DNA of 64,000 nt from Parcubacteria group bacterium Athens0714_16 (GTDB lineage: Bacteria > Patescibacteriota > Minisyncoccia > Phycocordibacterales > 21-14-all-36-13). The stretch covers positions 70,461-134,460 of the forward strand of contig VMGX01000001.1 in the NCBI GenBank assembly GCA_007376805.1, given 5' to 3'. Shown here piece by piece: positions 38,714 through 49,233 of this stretch. Within the stretch, counting starts at the first letter, position 1. Each line of letters opens with the position of its first letter. Below the pieces are notes generated by a model. That model ran no database searches and was not told where the DNA came from. It was given only the letters and a program-made list of their open reading frames with translations. Made by a program: the position numbers and the translations under genes.

Positions 38714-39301
38714 TTATCTTCCCATTACAGAAAAACGAGTAAATCTTGTTATTTCTATTTTTTCACCAAATTTTTGTGTTGCTGATTCTACCAAATTTCT
38801 TATAGTGCTATCAGGATTTTTTATAAAACTTTGTTCCAAAAGAACTTTGTCTTTAAAATATGAGTGCAACTTTCCCTCTAAAATTTTTTCTCGTAATTCT
38901 GCTGGTTTATTTTTAACTTCCTCTTCAAAAACCTCAGATGCTGTTTTTTTGTCTGCCTCTGTTATTTCTCCCATTGTTAAAAACGTAGGATTCATAGCAA
39001 CAACTTGCATTGCCACATTATACGCAAAATCTTTAAATTCTTGATTTCTTGCAACAAAATCTGTCTCGCACACGACTTCAACCATCGCCGCAACTGTTCC
39101 GTCTGTGTGAACATATGTTGAAATTAAACCAGCACCAATTTTTCTATCAGATTTTTTTGATGTAACTTCACTCCCCTTTTTCTGTAATACAACCAATGCT
39201 TTCGCCATATCACCACCAACACTCTCAAGTGCTTTTTTACATTGCATTATCGAAACACCGGTTTTATCACGAAGTTCTTTTATGAGTTCTGTTGTAATCA
39301 T
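38714..39301 (-). CDS. tsf: Elongation factor Ts (short form)
   Basis: MITTELIKELRDKTGVSIMQCKKALESVGGDMAKALVVLQKKG UBA-like N-terminus, dimerisation domain. Confidence 0.9.
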   Translation of the reverse strand: MITTELIKELRDKTGVSIMQCKKALESVGGDMAKALVVLQKKGSEVTSKKSDRKIGAGLISTYVHTDGTVAAMVEVVCETDFVARNQEFKDFAYNVAMQVVAMNPTFLTMGEITEADKKTASEVFEEEVKNKPAELREKILEGKLHSYFKDKVLLEQSFIKNPDSTIRNLVESATQKFGEKIEITRFTRFSVMGR

Positions 39302-39335
39302 ATTTTAAAAAATTAGAGTAGACCAAATAAAAAAA

Positions 39336-40058
39336 TTATACTTTAGATTTTGTAGCGTTTTGTGCAGACTTGCAAGCTTCTACTATTTGATTAACAAAAA
39401 AAGTTACACTGGCTAAGGAAGAATCGTTTGCTGGAATTGGATAATCTATATCAGTAAAATCACAATCCGAACTGCAAAGAGCCACTATTGGTATCTTTTT
39501 TATTATTGCTTCTGCAACAGCATTTTTTTCTTTTCTGGAATCAATTACAAATAAAGCGGAGGGTAAATTAGGCATTGAGACAATACCACCAAAACTTTCT
39601 TCGAGTTTTTTAATTTCCCTATCCATAAGCAATCTCTCTTTTTTTGTATGTTTTGAAAATTCACCCTTTTCTTTTTTTTCTTTCATATCAACCAATCTTT
39701 TAACTCTTTTTTTTATTTCAGAAAAATTTGTTAATGTCCCACCAATCCATCTACCTGCAACATATGGTTGAAGAGCACCTTCTGCACCATATTGAATAAC
39801 ATTTTTAAATTCATTTTTACCAGAAACAAAAACGATTTGTTTGCCATTTTCAACAATAGATTTTACAAATTCTTTCGCTTCTTCAAGTGCTTTTTCTGTT
39901 TTTTCTAAATCAAAAATTTCTACTCTATTTTTTGCACCAAATATATATTTCTTTGCTGATGGGTGTCTTCTTGATTTTGAATAACCATAATGAGCTCCAG
40001 ATTTAAACATCTGTTCAATAGTAGCGTTGTTTTCTGTTTTTTCCATTTTCTTTTCCAT
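39336..40058 (-). CDS. rpsB: 30S ribosomal protein S2
   Basis: MFKSGAHYGYSKSRRHPSAKKYIFGAKNRVEIFDLEKT... Confidence 0.9.
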   Translation of the reverse strand: MEKKMEKTENNATIEQMFKSGAHYGYSKSRRHPSAKKYIFGAKNRVEIFDLEKTEKALEEAKEFVKSIVENGKQIVFVSGKNEFKNVIQYGAEGALQPYVAGRWIGGTLTNFSEIKKRVKRLVDMKEKKEKGEFSKHTKKERLLMDREIKKLEESFGGIVSMPNLPSALFVIDSRKEKNAVAEAIIKKIPIVALCSSDCDFTDIDYPIPANDSSLASVTFFVNQIVEACKSAQNATKSKV

Positions 40059-40153
40059 TTATAAATTAATACACCGCAAAAGTTTACCAGAAGAAGCGTT
40101 ATTTTGCAACAGTTCTTTGTTGGTTTACTTTTATGCTATTTAACCATCAGATT

Positions 40154-41110
40154 TCAATTTTGTTCCTCAACTGGGTTCTGGAGTTTATCAATAATATCTT
40201 CCATATGACCAGCCATTATATTTTCAATATTATGCCAAGATTCTTTAATACGATGGTCTGTAATTCTATCTTGTAAATAATTATAAGTCCTTATTTTTTC
40301 AGATCTATCACCAGAACCAATTTGTGATTTTCTTTCTGCTGATAATTTTTTTGCCTCTTCTTCTTGATGTGCTACTTCAAGTCTTGCTTGCAAAATACTC
40401 ATAGCTTTTTCACGATTTTTTAACTGACTTCTTTCTTCTGTACATCTCACAGCAATTCCGGTTGGTTTGTGTATGAGGCGAACAGCAGTTTCAACCTTGT
40501 TTACATTTTGCCCACCAGCACCTCCAGAACGAGAAAATTCCATTTCAATATCCGAAGGATTTATTTCTACACTACTTTTCTTTCTAATTGGTAAAACCGC
40601 AACGGATGCAGTTGAGGTATGTATTCTTCCGGATTTTTCTGTCGCTGGAATTCTTTGAACACGGTGCACTCCCGTTTCATAACGCATTTTTTTATAAACA
40701 TCCTTCCCTCTTATTTCAAAAATTACTTCTTTATAACCACCAAGTGAGTTTCTCGATTCATCTATTTTTTTAAAACTCCACCCATTAAATTCGGCAAATT
40801 TTTCATACATCAAAGATAAATCTTCTGCAAAAATAGACGCCTCGTCTCCACCCGCACCCGCACGAACTTCTATAATTATTTCATTCGGAAATTCCTCTTC
40901 TTCTTTTTCAGATAAAATAATGTCTTGAATTTGTTTTTCTATGGCTTCTTTTTGAATCACAACCGAAGACAGTTCGTTTTCAGCGAGCTCTTTCATATCA
41001 ACATCTTTCATCATTTTTCTTATTTCTTCTTCTTCTTTGAAAAGTCGTTCGTATTCCTTTGTTAGAAAAGATGTTTTTGGATTCTTTTTTAATTCTTCTA
41101 TGTTTTCCAT
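40154..41110 (-). CDS. prfA: Peptide chain release factor 1
   Basis: PAT (PxT) codon-recognition motif in [16 protein letters not shown] and GGQ in [21 protein letters not shown]. Confidence 0.85.
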   Translation of the reverse strand: MENIEELKKNPKTSFLTKEYERLFKEEEEIRKMMKDVDMKELAENELSSVVIQKEAIEKQIQDIILSEKEEEEFPNEIIIEVRAGAGGDEASIFAEDLSLMYEKFAEFNGWSFKKIDESRNSLGGYKEVIFEIRGKDVYKKMRYETGVHRVQRIPATEKSGRIHTSTASVAVLPIRKKSSVEINPSDIEMEFSRSGGAGGQNVNKVETAVRLIHKPTGIAVRCTEERSQLKNREKAMSILQARLEVAHQEEEAKKLSAERKSQIGSGDRSEKIRTYNYLQDRITDHRIKESWHNIENIMAGHMEDIIDKLQNPVEEQN

Positions 41111-41176
41111 AATTTATATTATACAACAGAAAAAGCGTTCCGTTTTAAAACAGATACGCTTTTTGCTTTTTCTTAG

Positions 41177-41425
41177 TTATTTTTTAGTCTTTGGAGTTTT
41201 TTTAACCTCTTTTTTTGTTGTTTCCGCTTTTGCCATTCTTGTTTTAAATTTCTCAACTCTTCCTGCTGTATCAACTATCTTTTCATTTCCTGTATAAAAT
41301 GGATGACAAGCACCACAAATTTCCACATCTATCTTTTCTAATGTAGATCCTACTTCAAATTTGTTTCCACAAGCACAAGTTACCTTCGCTTTTGGGTAAT
41401 ATTTTGGATGAATGTCTTTTTTCAT
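41177..41425 (-). CDS. rpmE: 50S ribosomal protein L31 (with Lys-rich C-terminal tail)
   Basis: [28 protein letters not shown]...[10 protein letters not shown]. Start moved to the internal Met (codon 20 of the tracked ORF). Confidence 0.85.
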   Translation of the reverse strand: MKKDIHPKYYPKAKVTCACGNKFEVGSTLEKIDVEICGACHPFYTGNEKIVDTAGRVEKFKTRMAKAETTKKEVKKTPKTKK

Positions 41426-41506
41426 AACTAAATTAGAATAGCATAAAAAAATAAAAAAACAACTATAAAAAAGAGGTGTCAAATAAATTCAACACCTCAA
41501 AACAAA

Positions 41507-42493
41507 CTACAATACCGCCACCGAACGAACAGACCCATCACCCCAGTGACTGTCAGAATTGCCACAACTAACGTGAGAAAGTCCACCATTAGTGGAATTA
41601 CCACCAAACAAACAAATCGTCAAATGGCCAAAAAATTCATCATACCGGCACCAAGTGTTTGTGTTGCCATCATTTTTACGAGGCATGTGTTGGTACATTT
41701 GTGGAATCACATTGGCTTCAATTGTTTTTTCAAAACGGATTTGTTTAATTTTTAAATCTAACAAATCAGCTACGTGTGGTTTGAGCTGTGTTTCAAACTC
41801 ATCTGCAGAAATATTGAATCTAGATTCCCACGGAATGTTAGAATCATATTTAATTTTTTCTTCCTTTCTTAGTTTGAGTATGACCGAACTGAGAAAGTTA
41901 TCATTTTCATACATCTGCGAACCACTTGTATATTGTGGTTTACAACGTGTATCAATGAGTAGAGTTACACCGTCTGTTTCAACAATTTTTAGTGTAATTA
42001 AATTACCGTTGATATTATGAAGAATTTTACCAGCAGTAACATTTTCGTAAAACCAATCATTAGGTTTTATTTTCCAGCCGGGATAATTATTCTTTGGCAT
42101 AAATGCCATTTTTGGAATAAAATGTGGTTCAAGCATTAAACTTTTCCAATATTGAATTTTCTTCTTTCCATATTTTTGCAAATTCTCTGCAAATTGGGTT
42201 AAATCAAATTCCTTACCGAAGAAAGCTAAATGTGCTTTCTTCTCTGACTCAAGTATTGCATTGAGCCAGGAGGGATATTTAATTTCAGATTTCATCATTG
42301 ATTTAAACAAAGAAAAAATTTCTTCTGCTAAAATTTCTCCGTTTTGACTTAAAATTTTATTTAAATCATTTATGGAAAAATTCTCATAACACTGAAGTAA
42401 TTTAATCGCTCTAGATGTTGCCGGAATAATTGCACGAAGTGTTTCGGCAAATTTTCCGATTTCATTTGGGGTTGTTCCATTCTTTTCAGACAT
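41507..42493 (-). CDS. Hypothetical protein
   Basis: 328-aa ORF, no recognisable motif. Confidence 0.45.
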   Translation of the reverse strand: MSEKNGTTPNEIGKFAETLRAIIPATSRAIKLLQCYENFSINDLNKILSQNGEILAEEIFSLFKSMMKSEIKYPSWLNAILESEKKAHLAFFGKEFDLTQFAENLQKYGKKKIQYWKSLMLEPHFIPKMAFMPKNNYPGWKIKPNDWFYENVTAGKILHNINGNLITLKIVETDGVTLLIDTRCKPQYTSGSQMYENDNFLSSVILKLRKEEKIKYDSNIPWESRFNISADEFETQLKPHVADLLDLKIKQIRFEKTIEANVIPQMYQHMPRKNDGNTNTWCRYDEFFGHLTICLFGGNSTNGGLSHVSCGNSDSHWGDGSVRSVAVL

Positions 42494-42717
42494 GGCTGTT
42501 CCTCCTTATTTTTGTTATTAAAATATTTAAAAGAACTTGAATTTATATCAAATTCTCTGTTTTAAATGATATAACAAATCATCAAAAAAGTCAAATTTTT
42601 TCCAAAAGACTCCCCCTCGAAGAAAAAACTTATTTAAAATATGTGCACAACTACGGAGGCAAAAAACAAAGGAGGCGTTGAATAAATTCAACGCCTCAAA
42701 CAAAATTAATTACTTGT

Positions 42718-42783
42718 CCCGTTAAATGCGGAGCATATTTAACTGGGATGGATGAAAAAGCTCATTCAGAGCTTTTCATTCAT
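42718..42783. repeat. Mini palindromic element CCCGTTAAAT-9nt-ATTTAACTGGG plus terminator module GAAAAGCTCATTCAGAGCTTTTC overlapping the stop of 42780..44138
   Basis: Near-identical copy at 47166-47225. Related terminator hairpin at 44199-44220. Confidence 0.55.
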
Positions 42784-44138
42784 TGATTAAGTATATCAAT
42801 CTGTTTCTGATACATATCAGCAAGATCCATAACTTCATCTCCATAGAATGAATATGCTGGTTTTGATGCATTTGTCCATCCCGCAAAATATCTCAACGCC
42901 GCGAGATTTTCAGAGCTTCTGGTTCCCTTCTTTGCTCCATTATCAGCCAACAACATTGCAGAAGCGGTAAATGCGTCAAAAGGATCCCATGGATTTGGAA
43001 CACTATGCCCAGTTAAACTTGCAATCCTTTTTTCATACATAACCCAAGTAGAAGGAATAAATTGTGCTGGTCCCATTGCTCCTCCCCACCCATACCATGG
43101 TTTTTTAGAAACGGGCATCATGTCGGGATCAAAACCCAATCTTTCGGTTATTTGTTGGAACACAGGTCTGTCTCTGGTTGGATGCATGTCGGTTTTCCAA
43201 TTTCCCGTTCCAACGTTTTGTCCAAGATTTGATTCCTCAGCTATAACACCTAAAATAAACGCGGGTCTAACCCCTGTTTTTTTACCAACGAGTGTTGCAT
43301 ATTCAAGTGCCTTTTCAAAAGATATGGCAGTAGAACCTCTAAGTGTGAACAGCTCTGAACGGATTTCTGCTGCGGATTTTTGTTTGGCTTTTAATATTTT
43401 TTGGTATATTGCCTCTTCTCCCTTACTTACATTCAAAATTTGTTTTTTTTCTGCTTTTTGTTGTTCTATTTTCTTTTTTTCTCTATCTTGAATGTTTTTT
43501 AATTCTATTTCTGCCGTTCTCTTGTCAACTAAAGATTCTTTTTGCACATTTGTTACTGTTTTTGTTTCTTCTATCTGTGAAAATGAATCTGAAAGAGCGG
43601 TTTCAATTGATGAAAACATATCAACATCCTCAAAAAAATCAGATAAATTTTTATTACTCAAAATAACTTCAACTAATGAAAAAGAATCTATTTCATTTCT
43701 TTTTTTAAGTAGCTGAGCCAAAGATTTTTTTTCTTTTATTATTTTTTCATTCAAAGAAACAATTGTTGTTTCCTTTCCTCTAATATCAACGGAAAGTTTT
43801 GATATGGTTATCTCTCTCGCACGAATGCTTAATTCTGATTTTTTTATTTCAGCATCTATAATTGCAATATCTCTTTCTAATGATTGTGATTGTGCTTTTT
43901 TACTATCTAGAATTGCCTGTTGATGTGCTATCTCTTGTTCAAGTACTGTTAATTCACTTTCAAGCTGATTTCTACGAGAACTTACTTGTTCTTGTGCCGT
44001 TTGTGCAAAAACTACATTACCAAAAGATAATGTCATCAAAAATATAACCGCTGAAAGAATAAGCGGATGATTGTGTTTCCACATATTGCTTAATATTATA
44101 CTAAACTTATTGAATAAAACGAAAACTTTTTTACACAA
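42780..44138 (-). CDS. Secreted coiled-coil protein with C-terminal MltB-like lytic transglycosylase domain
   Basis: Signal/TM, long coiled coil, then GVIAEESNLGQN...GGAMGPAQFIPSTW (AQF.PsTW motif of MltB-type lytic transglycosylases). Confidence 0.65.
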   Translation of the reverse strand: MCKKVFVLFNKFSIILSNMWKHNHPLILSAVIFLMTLSFGNVVFAQTAQEQVSSRRNQLESELTVLEQEIAHQQAILDSKKAQSQSLERDIAIIDAEIKKSELSIRAREITISKLSVDIRGKETTIVSLNEKIIKEKKSLAQLLKKRNEIDSFSLVEVILSNKNLSDFFEDVDMFSSIETALSDSFSQIEETKTVTNVQKESLVDKRTAEIELKNIQDREKKKIEQQKAEKKQILNVSKGEEAIYQKILKAKQKSAAEIRSELFTLRGSTAISFEKALEYATLVGKKTGVRPAFILGVIAEESNLGQNVGTGNWKTDMHPTRDRPVFQQITERLGFDPDMMPVSKKPWYGWGGAMGPAQFIPSTWVMYEKRIASLTGHSVPNPWDPFDAFTASAMLLADNGAKKGTRSSENLAALRYFAGWTNASKPAYSFYGDEVMDLADMYQKQIDILNQ

Positions 44139-44201
44139 AAAAGAGACATAACGTCTCTTTTTTAATTCAAAAAAATAAAAAATTATGGATTGAAAAGCTC
44201 A

Positions 44202-44846
44202 TTAAGAGCTTTTCAATTCTTCTCCCTCTTTTTCTTCCTTACCCTTCTTTTCAACTTCAATTGATGATAAGTCTGCTTCAACAACAGGAGCTTCTTCTTC
44301 CTCTTTTGGTTGTTCAACCAAAACAATAATTTCTTCTGGTTCTTCTGTGGTCCTTACACCTGCTGAGAATTTTAAATCTTTAATCGCAATATGGCCATCA
44401 ATCTCAGTAATACTTGATACATCAACAATAATTTCGTGAGGTAAATTACTTGGTTCTGCCTCAACTTCAATTTCGTGCAAAATTTTAACAAGCGCACCAC
44501 CAAGGTTTTTAACAGCTGGTGATTCACCAATAAATTCAATCGGTATCGAAACTGTAACTGTTTGTCCTTTTTCTACAACATAAAAATCAGCGTGTACGGG
44601 TTCATCTGAAACAGGATGTAACTGAACATCGTGTATAAGTGCTTGCATTTCTGTATTTCCATTTTTTATATTAAAAACTCCTGATTCACCAACTTCTTTC
44701 CACATTTTTTTAAATTGAATCATAGAAACAAGCACGGGTGTAGATTCCGTTTTTTTACCATAATAAACAGCTGGCATATTGCCCTCATTTCTTATTTCTT
44801 CTGGTGTTTTTATATTATCTCTCTTTTTTACTTCAAGTGTTTTCAT
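44202..44846 (-). CDS. rplY: 50S ribosomal protein L25 / general stress protein Ctc
   Basis: LEVKKRDNIKTPEEIRNEGNMPAVYYGKKTESTPVLV... Start moved to the internal Met (codon 16 of the tracked ORF). Confidence 0.8.
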   Translation of the reverse strand: MKTLEVKKRDNIKTPEEIRNEGNMPAVYYGKKTESTPVLVSMIQFKKMWKEVGESGVFNIKNGNTEMQALIHDVQLHPVSDEPVHADFYVVEKGQTVTVSIPIEFIGESPAVKNLGGALVKILHEIEVEAEPSNLPHEIIVDVSSITEIDGHIAIKDLKFSAGVRTTEEPEEIIVLVEQPKEEEEAPVVEADLSSIEVEKKGKEEKEGEELKSS

Positions 44847-44916
44847 AATAATTAACAGGTGTAAGTATACCGAAAATAACCAAGAAAGCAAGAAAACAAA
44901 GAAGCAAAAAACATCT

Positions 44917-44958
44917 GCGTCTATCTGCGATTTTTTATCTGCCTGAATCTGCGTTCAA
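44917..44958. repeat. ATCTGCG iteron array (4 units) forming the 3' end of fba and the fba-rplY spacer
   Basis: catctgcgtctatctgcgattttttatctgcctgaatctgcg. The last 7 codons of fba (FLNADSGR) are encoded by the iterons. Confidence 0.65.
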
Positions 44959-45819
44959 AAAATTAAACAATTTCATTCTTTCTTCCACCACCTTTTCCAT
45001 CGCCAATACGACACTTTTCATTATTTTATACGGTGCTATTTCGTCAGGATTTTCTTGAAGAAATAATTGAATTGCTTTTTTGTATGCCAATCTTATTTCT
45101 GTGTTTATATGTATGATGGAAATTCCAGCTTTTATAGCTTTTTTAAAATCTTCATCGGTTGTCCCTGAACCACCGTGTAGAACTAACGGTACACCTGCTT
45201 CTTTTCTTATTTCTTTTATAAGTTCTATATTTAGAGACGGATCTTTCCCAACCCCCAACATACCATGAATATTGCCAACGGCTGGTGCAAACAAATCAAT
45301 CCCGGTTTTTTTAACAAAATATTTTGCGTCTGTTGGTTTTGTTAATGAGTTTTCATCTAAATTTACATCTTCTGGTATTTCATCCAAAATTTTTGACGAA
45401 GAGCCTATAAATCCAAGTTCTGCTTCAACTAAAATTTTTGGATTAGTTTTTTTAACATATTCAACACACTGTTTTGTTATTTTTATATTTTCTTCAGTAC
45501 TCAACTTTGCTCCATCAAAAATTACAGAATCAAAACCAGCATCTACAACTTCTTTAACCCTTTCAAAAGAATATGTATGGTCAGCATTTAAAAAAATTGG
45601 ATAGTTGTGTTCTTCGCGTAAACTTTTAACCAACGCTACAACTTGTTTAATTCCGATAAAATCTCTTTCTCCTTCTGATACACCAATTATCACTGGTAAA
45701 TTAAGTTTTTTCGCTACATTAAAAACAGCATGCAATCCTTCAATATTTGAAATATTAAAATGTCCAACGGCAACACCTGTCTTTTCAGCATTTTCTATTG
45801 TTTTCTTTAATGTTTCCAT
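44935..45819 (-). CDS. fba: Class II fructose-bisphosphate aldolase family protein
   Basis: GHFNISNIEGLHAV, LNADHTYS, PAVGNIHGM, LVLHGGSGTTDEDF motifs. Confidence 0.8.
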   Translation of the reverse strand: METLKKTIENAEKTGVAVGHFNISNIEGLHAVFNVAKKLNLPVIIGVSEGERDFIGIKQVVALVKSLREEHNYPIFLNADHTYSFERVKEVVDAGFDSVIFDGAKLSTEENIKITKQCVEYVKKTNPKILVEAELGFIGSSSKILDEIPEDVNLDENSLTKPTDAKYFVKKTGIDLFAPAVGNIHGMLGVGKDPSLNIELIKEIRKEAGVPLVLHGGSGTTDEDFKKAIKAGISIIHINTEIRLAYKKAIQLFLQENPDEIAPYKIMKSVVLAMEKVVEERMKLFNFLNADSGR

Positions 45820-45890
45820 GGTTAATATTGTACCACATGATTTCCACTAATTTTTTAATTAATGTGCAAAATTCATGCTAATATTTATGT

Positions 45891-46898
45891 ATGGGATTAT
45901 TTACTAAAAAACAATTTGATTTTATCGGGATCGGAGATATAACAAACGATGCATTTATTCGCGTTAAAGAAGCAAATATTTCGTGCGACGAACAAAATAA
46001 AAAATGCCAAATTTGTTTAAACTTTGCAGACAAAATTGCCTACGATCATGTGACTGTAGTAAAAGGTGTTGGGAACGCTTCAAACGCATCCGTATGCGCA
46101 CATAGATTGGGTTTGAGTTCTTCGATTGTTGCAAATGTTGGTGATGATGAAAATGGACTGGCATGTGTAGAAACATTAAAAAACGAAGGTGTTGGCACTG
46201 AATTTATAAAAATCCAAAAAGGAAGAGAAACAAATTATAATTATTTAATTTTATACGAAGAAGAAAGAACAATACTTTCAAAACATAGGGAGTATGATTA
46301 TAAACTTCCAAATATCGGCTCACCAAAATTTGTTTATTTTAGTTCTCTTGGAGAAGATACGATTGATTACCACAACGAAATTGCAAATTATATTGAAAAA
46401 CATCCAGAAATAAATTTTGTATTCCAGCCCGGAACATTTCAAATAAAACTCGGCTACGAACCATTAAAAAAAATATATCAGTTGAGTAAATTATTTTTCT
46501 GCAACAAAATGGAAGCAAAAAGAATTTTAGAAACAGAAGAAGACAATATAACCGAATTACTTAAAATGATGTACAACAGAGGACCTAAAATTGTTGTTAT
46601 AACAGATGCAATAAATGGTGCATATTCATATGATGGAAATGAGGTGTGGAAAATCCCAATGTATCCTGATCCAAAACCACCAATCGACAGAACGGGTGCT
46701 GGTGATGCATTTTCAGCAACATTTACTTCAGCAATCGCACTTGGAAAAACAATCAAAGAAGCTCTTATGTGGGGACCAATCAATTCCATGTCTGTTGTTC
46801 AATATGTTGGAGCACGAAGAGGACTTTTAACTCGTGAAGCATTAGAAAAATACCTTGCTGAAGCACCTTTATTCTATAAACCCGAAAGATTTCTATAA
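45891..46898 (+). CDS. PfkB-family carbohydrate/sugar-phosphate kinase
   Basis: GGNASNASVCAHRLGL, DRTGAGDAFSATF (PfkB signature 2). Confidence 0.7.
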   Translation: MGLFTKKQFDFIGIGDITNDAFIRVKEANISCDEQNKKCQICLNFADKIAYDHVTVVKGVGNASNASVCAHRLGLSSSIVANVGDDENGLACVETLKNEGVGTEFIKIQKGRETNYNYLILYEEERTILSKHREYDYKLPNIGSPKFVYFSSLGEDTIDYHNEIANYIEKHPEINFVFQPGTFQIKLGYEPLKKIYQLSKLFFCNKMEAKRILETEEDNITELLKMMYNRGPKIVVITDAINGAYSYDGNEVWKIPMYPDPKPPIDRTGAGDAFSATFTSAIALGKTIKEALMWGPINSMSVVQYVGARRGLLTREALEKYLAEAPLFYKPERFL

Positions 46899-46906
46899 CC
46901 ACAAAA

Positions 46907-46935
46907 AACACGGCTCAATAAAGCCGTGTTTTTTA
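46907..46935 (+). terminator. Rho-independent terminator (acacggctcaataaagccgtgttttttaat)
   Basis: 8-bp stem plus T-run after the pfkB-like stop. Confidence 0.6.
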
Positions 46936-47211
46936 ATATTAAAAAGAAAGTTTAAAAACACTTGACTTTCTTTTTAATATATGATATTATTATACCAGAT
47001 ACTTAGATTACAGCACCAGCCAACTTGCGGAGTGAGAAATACTCACACCCACCAAAAAAACGGCTGTGATCTAAAAAAACAAATTCCCACATAAAAGCCT
47101 CGTTGCAAACTTCCAATCATCTGCAACGAGGCTATCTTTTTTTAAACAAAAAAAATATTACTTGTCCCGTTAAATACAAAGTATATTTAATTGGGATGGA
47201 TCAAAAATCTC

Positions 47212-48213
47212 TTAATAAGATTCTTGATTTCTTTTAATAACTTTCACAATCGCTTTTTTAATTGATTCGACATCAAGTCCATAATGTTTAATTAATTCAG
47301 CCGAAGAACCTGATTGTCCAAATTTATTATTTATTCCAACAAATTCAATTGGTACTGGATATGTTTTTGCCAAAAATTCTGCAACCGCAGAACCCATACC
47401 TCCTGCAATTTGATGATCTTCAACTGTAACAATCGCCCCCGTTCTTTTTGCAACACCTAAAATTAATTCTTCATCCATTGGTTTAACGGTGTGATTATTT
47501 ACAACCAAAACTTGTATTCCCTCTTTCTCTAATTCTTTTGCACAAAGCAACGCATTATAAACAAGATATCCAATCGCAATAATTGTAACTACCGGATTAC
47601 TAGAATCCCACAAAATATCTGCCTTTCCAATTTTAAAAGGAGAATCCTCTGTGGTTATAACCGGCACCTTGCTTCTGTCGAAACGCATATAAACAGGTTT
47701 ATTATGTTCAATCATTTCACCAACAGCTTTTTTTGCTTCTTCATAATCGCATGGAACAATTACAGTTACATTTGGTAAAATTCGCATGAGTGCAATATCT
47801 TCAAGTGATTGATGTGTCGCACCATCTTCACCAACGGCAATACCAGCATGTGAACCAATCATTTTTACAGGAACATTGTTTAGTGCAATTGTGGTTCTTA
47901 TCTGTTCCCAATTCCTCCCGGGACTAAAAGCAGCAAACGAAGTCATAAAAGGAATTTTGCCATAACAAGCAAGACCAGAAGCAACTGTTGCCAAGTTTTG
48001 TTCAGCAACACCAACTTCAAAATATCTTTCAGGAAATCTTTCTTCAAACTGAGTTAATCTTATTGAATCAGATAAATCCGCAGATAAAGCAACAACTTTC
48101 CTATTTTTCTCCCCAGCAAAAAGAAGCCCTTGCCCAAAACCGTCACGAATGTATTTTTTTTCTACATCCGCATCAAAAAGTTTTGGGTTTAAATGTTTGG
48201 TTCTATTTAGCAT
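47212..48213 (-). CDS. Transketolase, C-terminal (pyrimidine-binding) subunit
   Basis: RDGFGQGLLFAGEKN..., FEVGVAEQNLATVASGLA, C-terminal TK_C domain. Split-transketolase arrangement. Confidence 0.85.
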   Translation of the reverse strand: MLNRTKHLNPKLFDADVEKKYIRDGFGQGLLFAGEKNRKVVALSADLSDSIRLTQFEERFPERYFEVGVAEQNLATVASGLACYGKIPFMTSFAAFSPGRNWEQIRTTIALNNVPVKMIGSHAGIAVGEDGATHQSLEDIALMRILPNVTVIVPCDYEEAKKAVGEMIEHNKPVYMRFDRSKVPVITTEDSPFKIGKADILWDSSNPVVTIIAIGYLVYNALLCAKELEKEGIQVLVVNNHTVKPMDEELILGVAKRTGAIVTVEDHQIAGGMGSAVAEFLAKTYPVPIEFVGINNKFGQSGSSAELIKHYGLDVESIKKAIVKVIKRNQESY

Positions 48214-48418
48214 ATTCGAAATGATTATACTTGTTTTTTGTTTATTAAATTTTTATTACGATTACAAAAATGAAAAATGTAAATCTCAAAATGTAAAATG
48301 ACAATCAAAAATGTCAAAATCATTTTATAACTTTGCATTGTCATTTTTCATTTTGATTTTTTAATTTTCAATTCTTATTATTATAAAATCCGATACTTAC
48401 AACAAAACATACAAAAAA

Positions 48419-49231
48419 CTAACCAGAACTCAGTTCCAACAAAAATCTCTCTCCCTGTTCCTTATTTGGTGCAATGCCATGCCACTTGTAATCATTTTCA
48501 ATTTCTTTTATTCCCTTCCCAGGAATTGTGTGGGCAATGATTACAGTTGGTTTGCCACGAGAAATTTTTGCCATTTCAACGGCATCAATAAATTTTACAA
48601 AATCATGCCCGTCAACCTCAATAACATTCCAATTGAACGCCTCATATTTATTTCTCAATGATTCTAATGGCATTACATTCTCTGTTCTGCCGGTGATTTG
48701 GATATTATTTCTATCTATAATTCCTATTAAATTATCTATTTTATATTTTCCGGCAAACATTACAGATTCCCAAAGATTTCCTTCCTGATGTTCCCCGTCG
48801 GACATTATGCAATATGTGTAAAAATCTTTTCCATCCATTTTTGCTCCAAGTGCAATACCACACGCCTGTCCTAAACCACAACCAAGCGGACCAGACGTAG
48901 TTTCCATTGATGGCAAAAATTTTCTGTCTGGGTGACCTTGAAAAATTGTTCCAAATTTTCGCAAACCATTTTCTAATTCATCTACAGAAAAATATCCAGC
49001 ATGAGCCATAGCAGAATATCTCGCAGGAACAATATGACCGTTTGATAAAATTAATCTATCTCTCTCGGGCCAGGCCGGCTCTTTTGGTTTATGTTTTAAT
49101 ATATGAAAATAAAAAGCAGTAAATATGTCCGCCATACCAAGAGACCCACCTGTGTGCCCTGATTCAGCAGAAACAAGAGATTTTATAATTGTTTTACAAA
49201 CTTCATTCGCAATTTTTTTTAATTCAATCAT
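48419..49231 (-). CDS. Transketolase, N-terminal (TPP-binding) subunit
   Basis: HTGGSLGMADIFTAFYF, SNGHIVPARY, GPLGCGLGQACGIALG, SDGEHQEGNLWE. Confidence 0.85.
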   Translation of the reverse strand: MIELKKIANEVCKTIIKSLVSAESGHTGGSLGMADIFTAFYFHILKHKPKEPAWPERDRLILSNGHIVPARYSAMAHAGYFSVDELENGLRKFGTIFQGHPDRKFLPSMETTSGPLGCGLGQACGIALGAKMDGKDFYTYCIMSDGEHQEGNLWESVMFAGKYKIDNLIGIIDRNNIQITGRTENVMPLESLRNKYEAFNWNVIEVDGHDFVKFIDAVEMAKISRGKPTVIIAHTIPGKGIKEIENDYKWHGIAPNKEQGERFLLELSSG

Positions 49232-49233
49232 CT

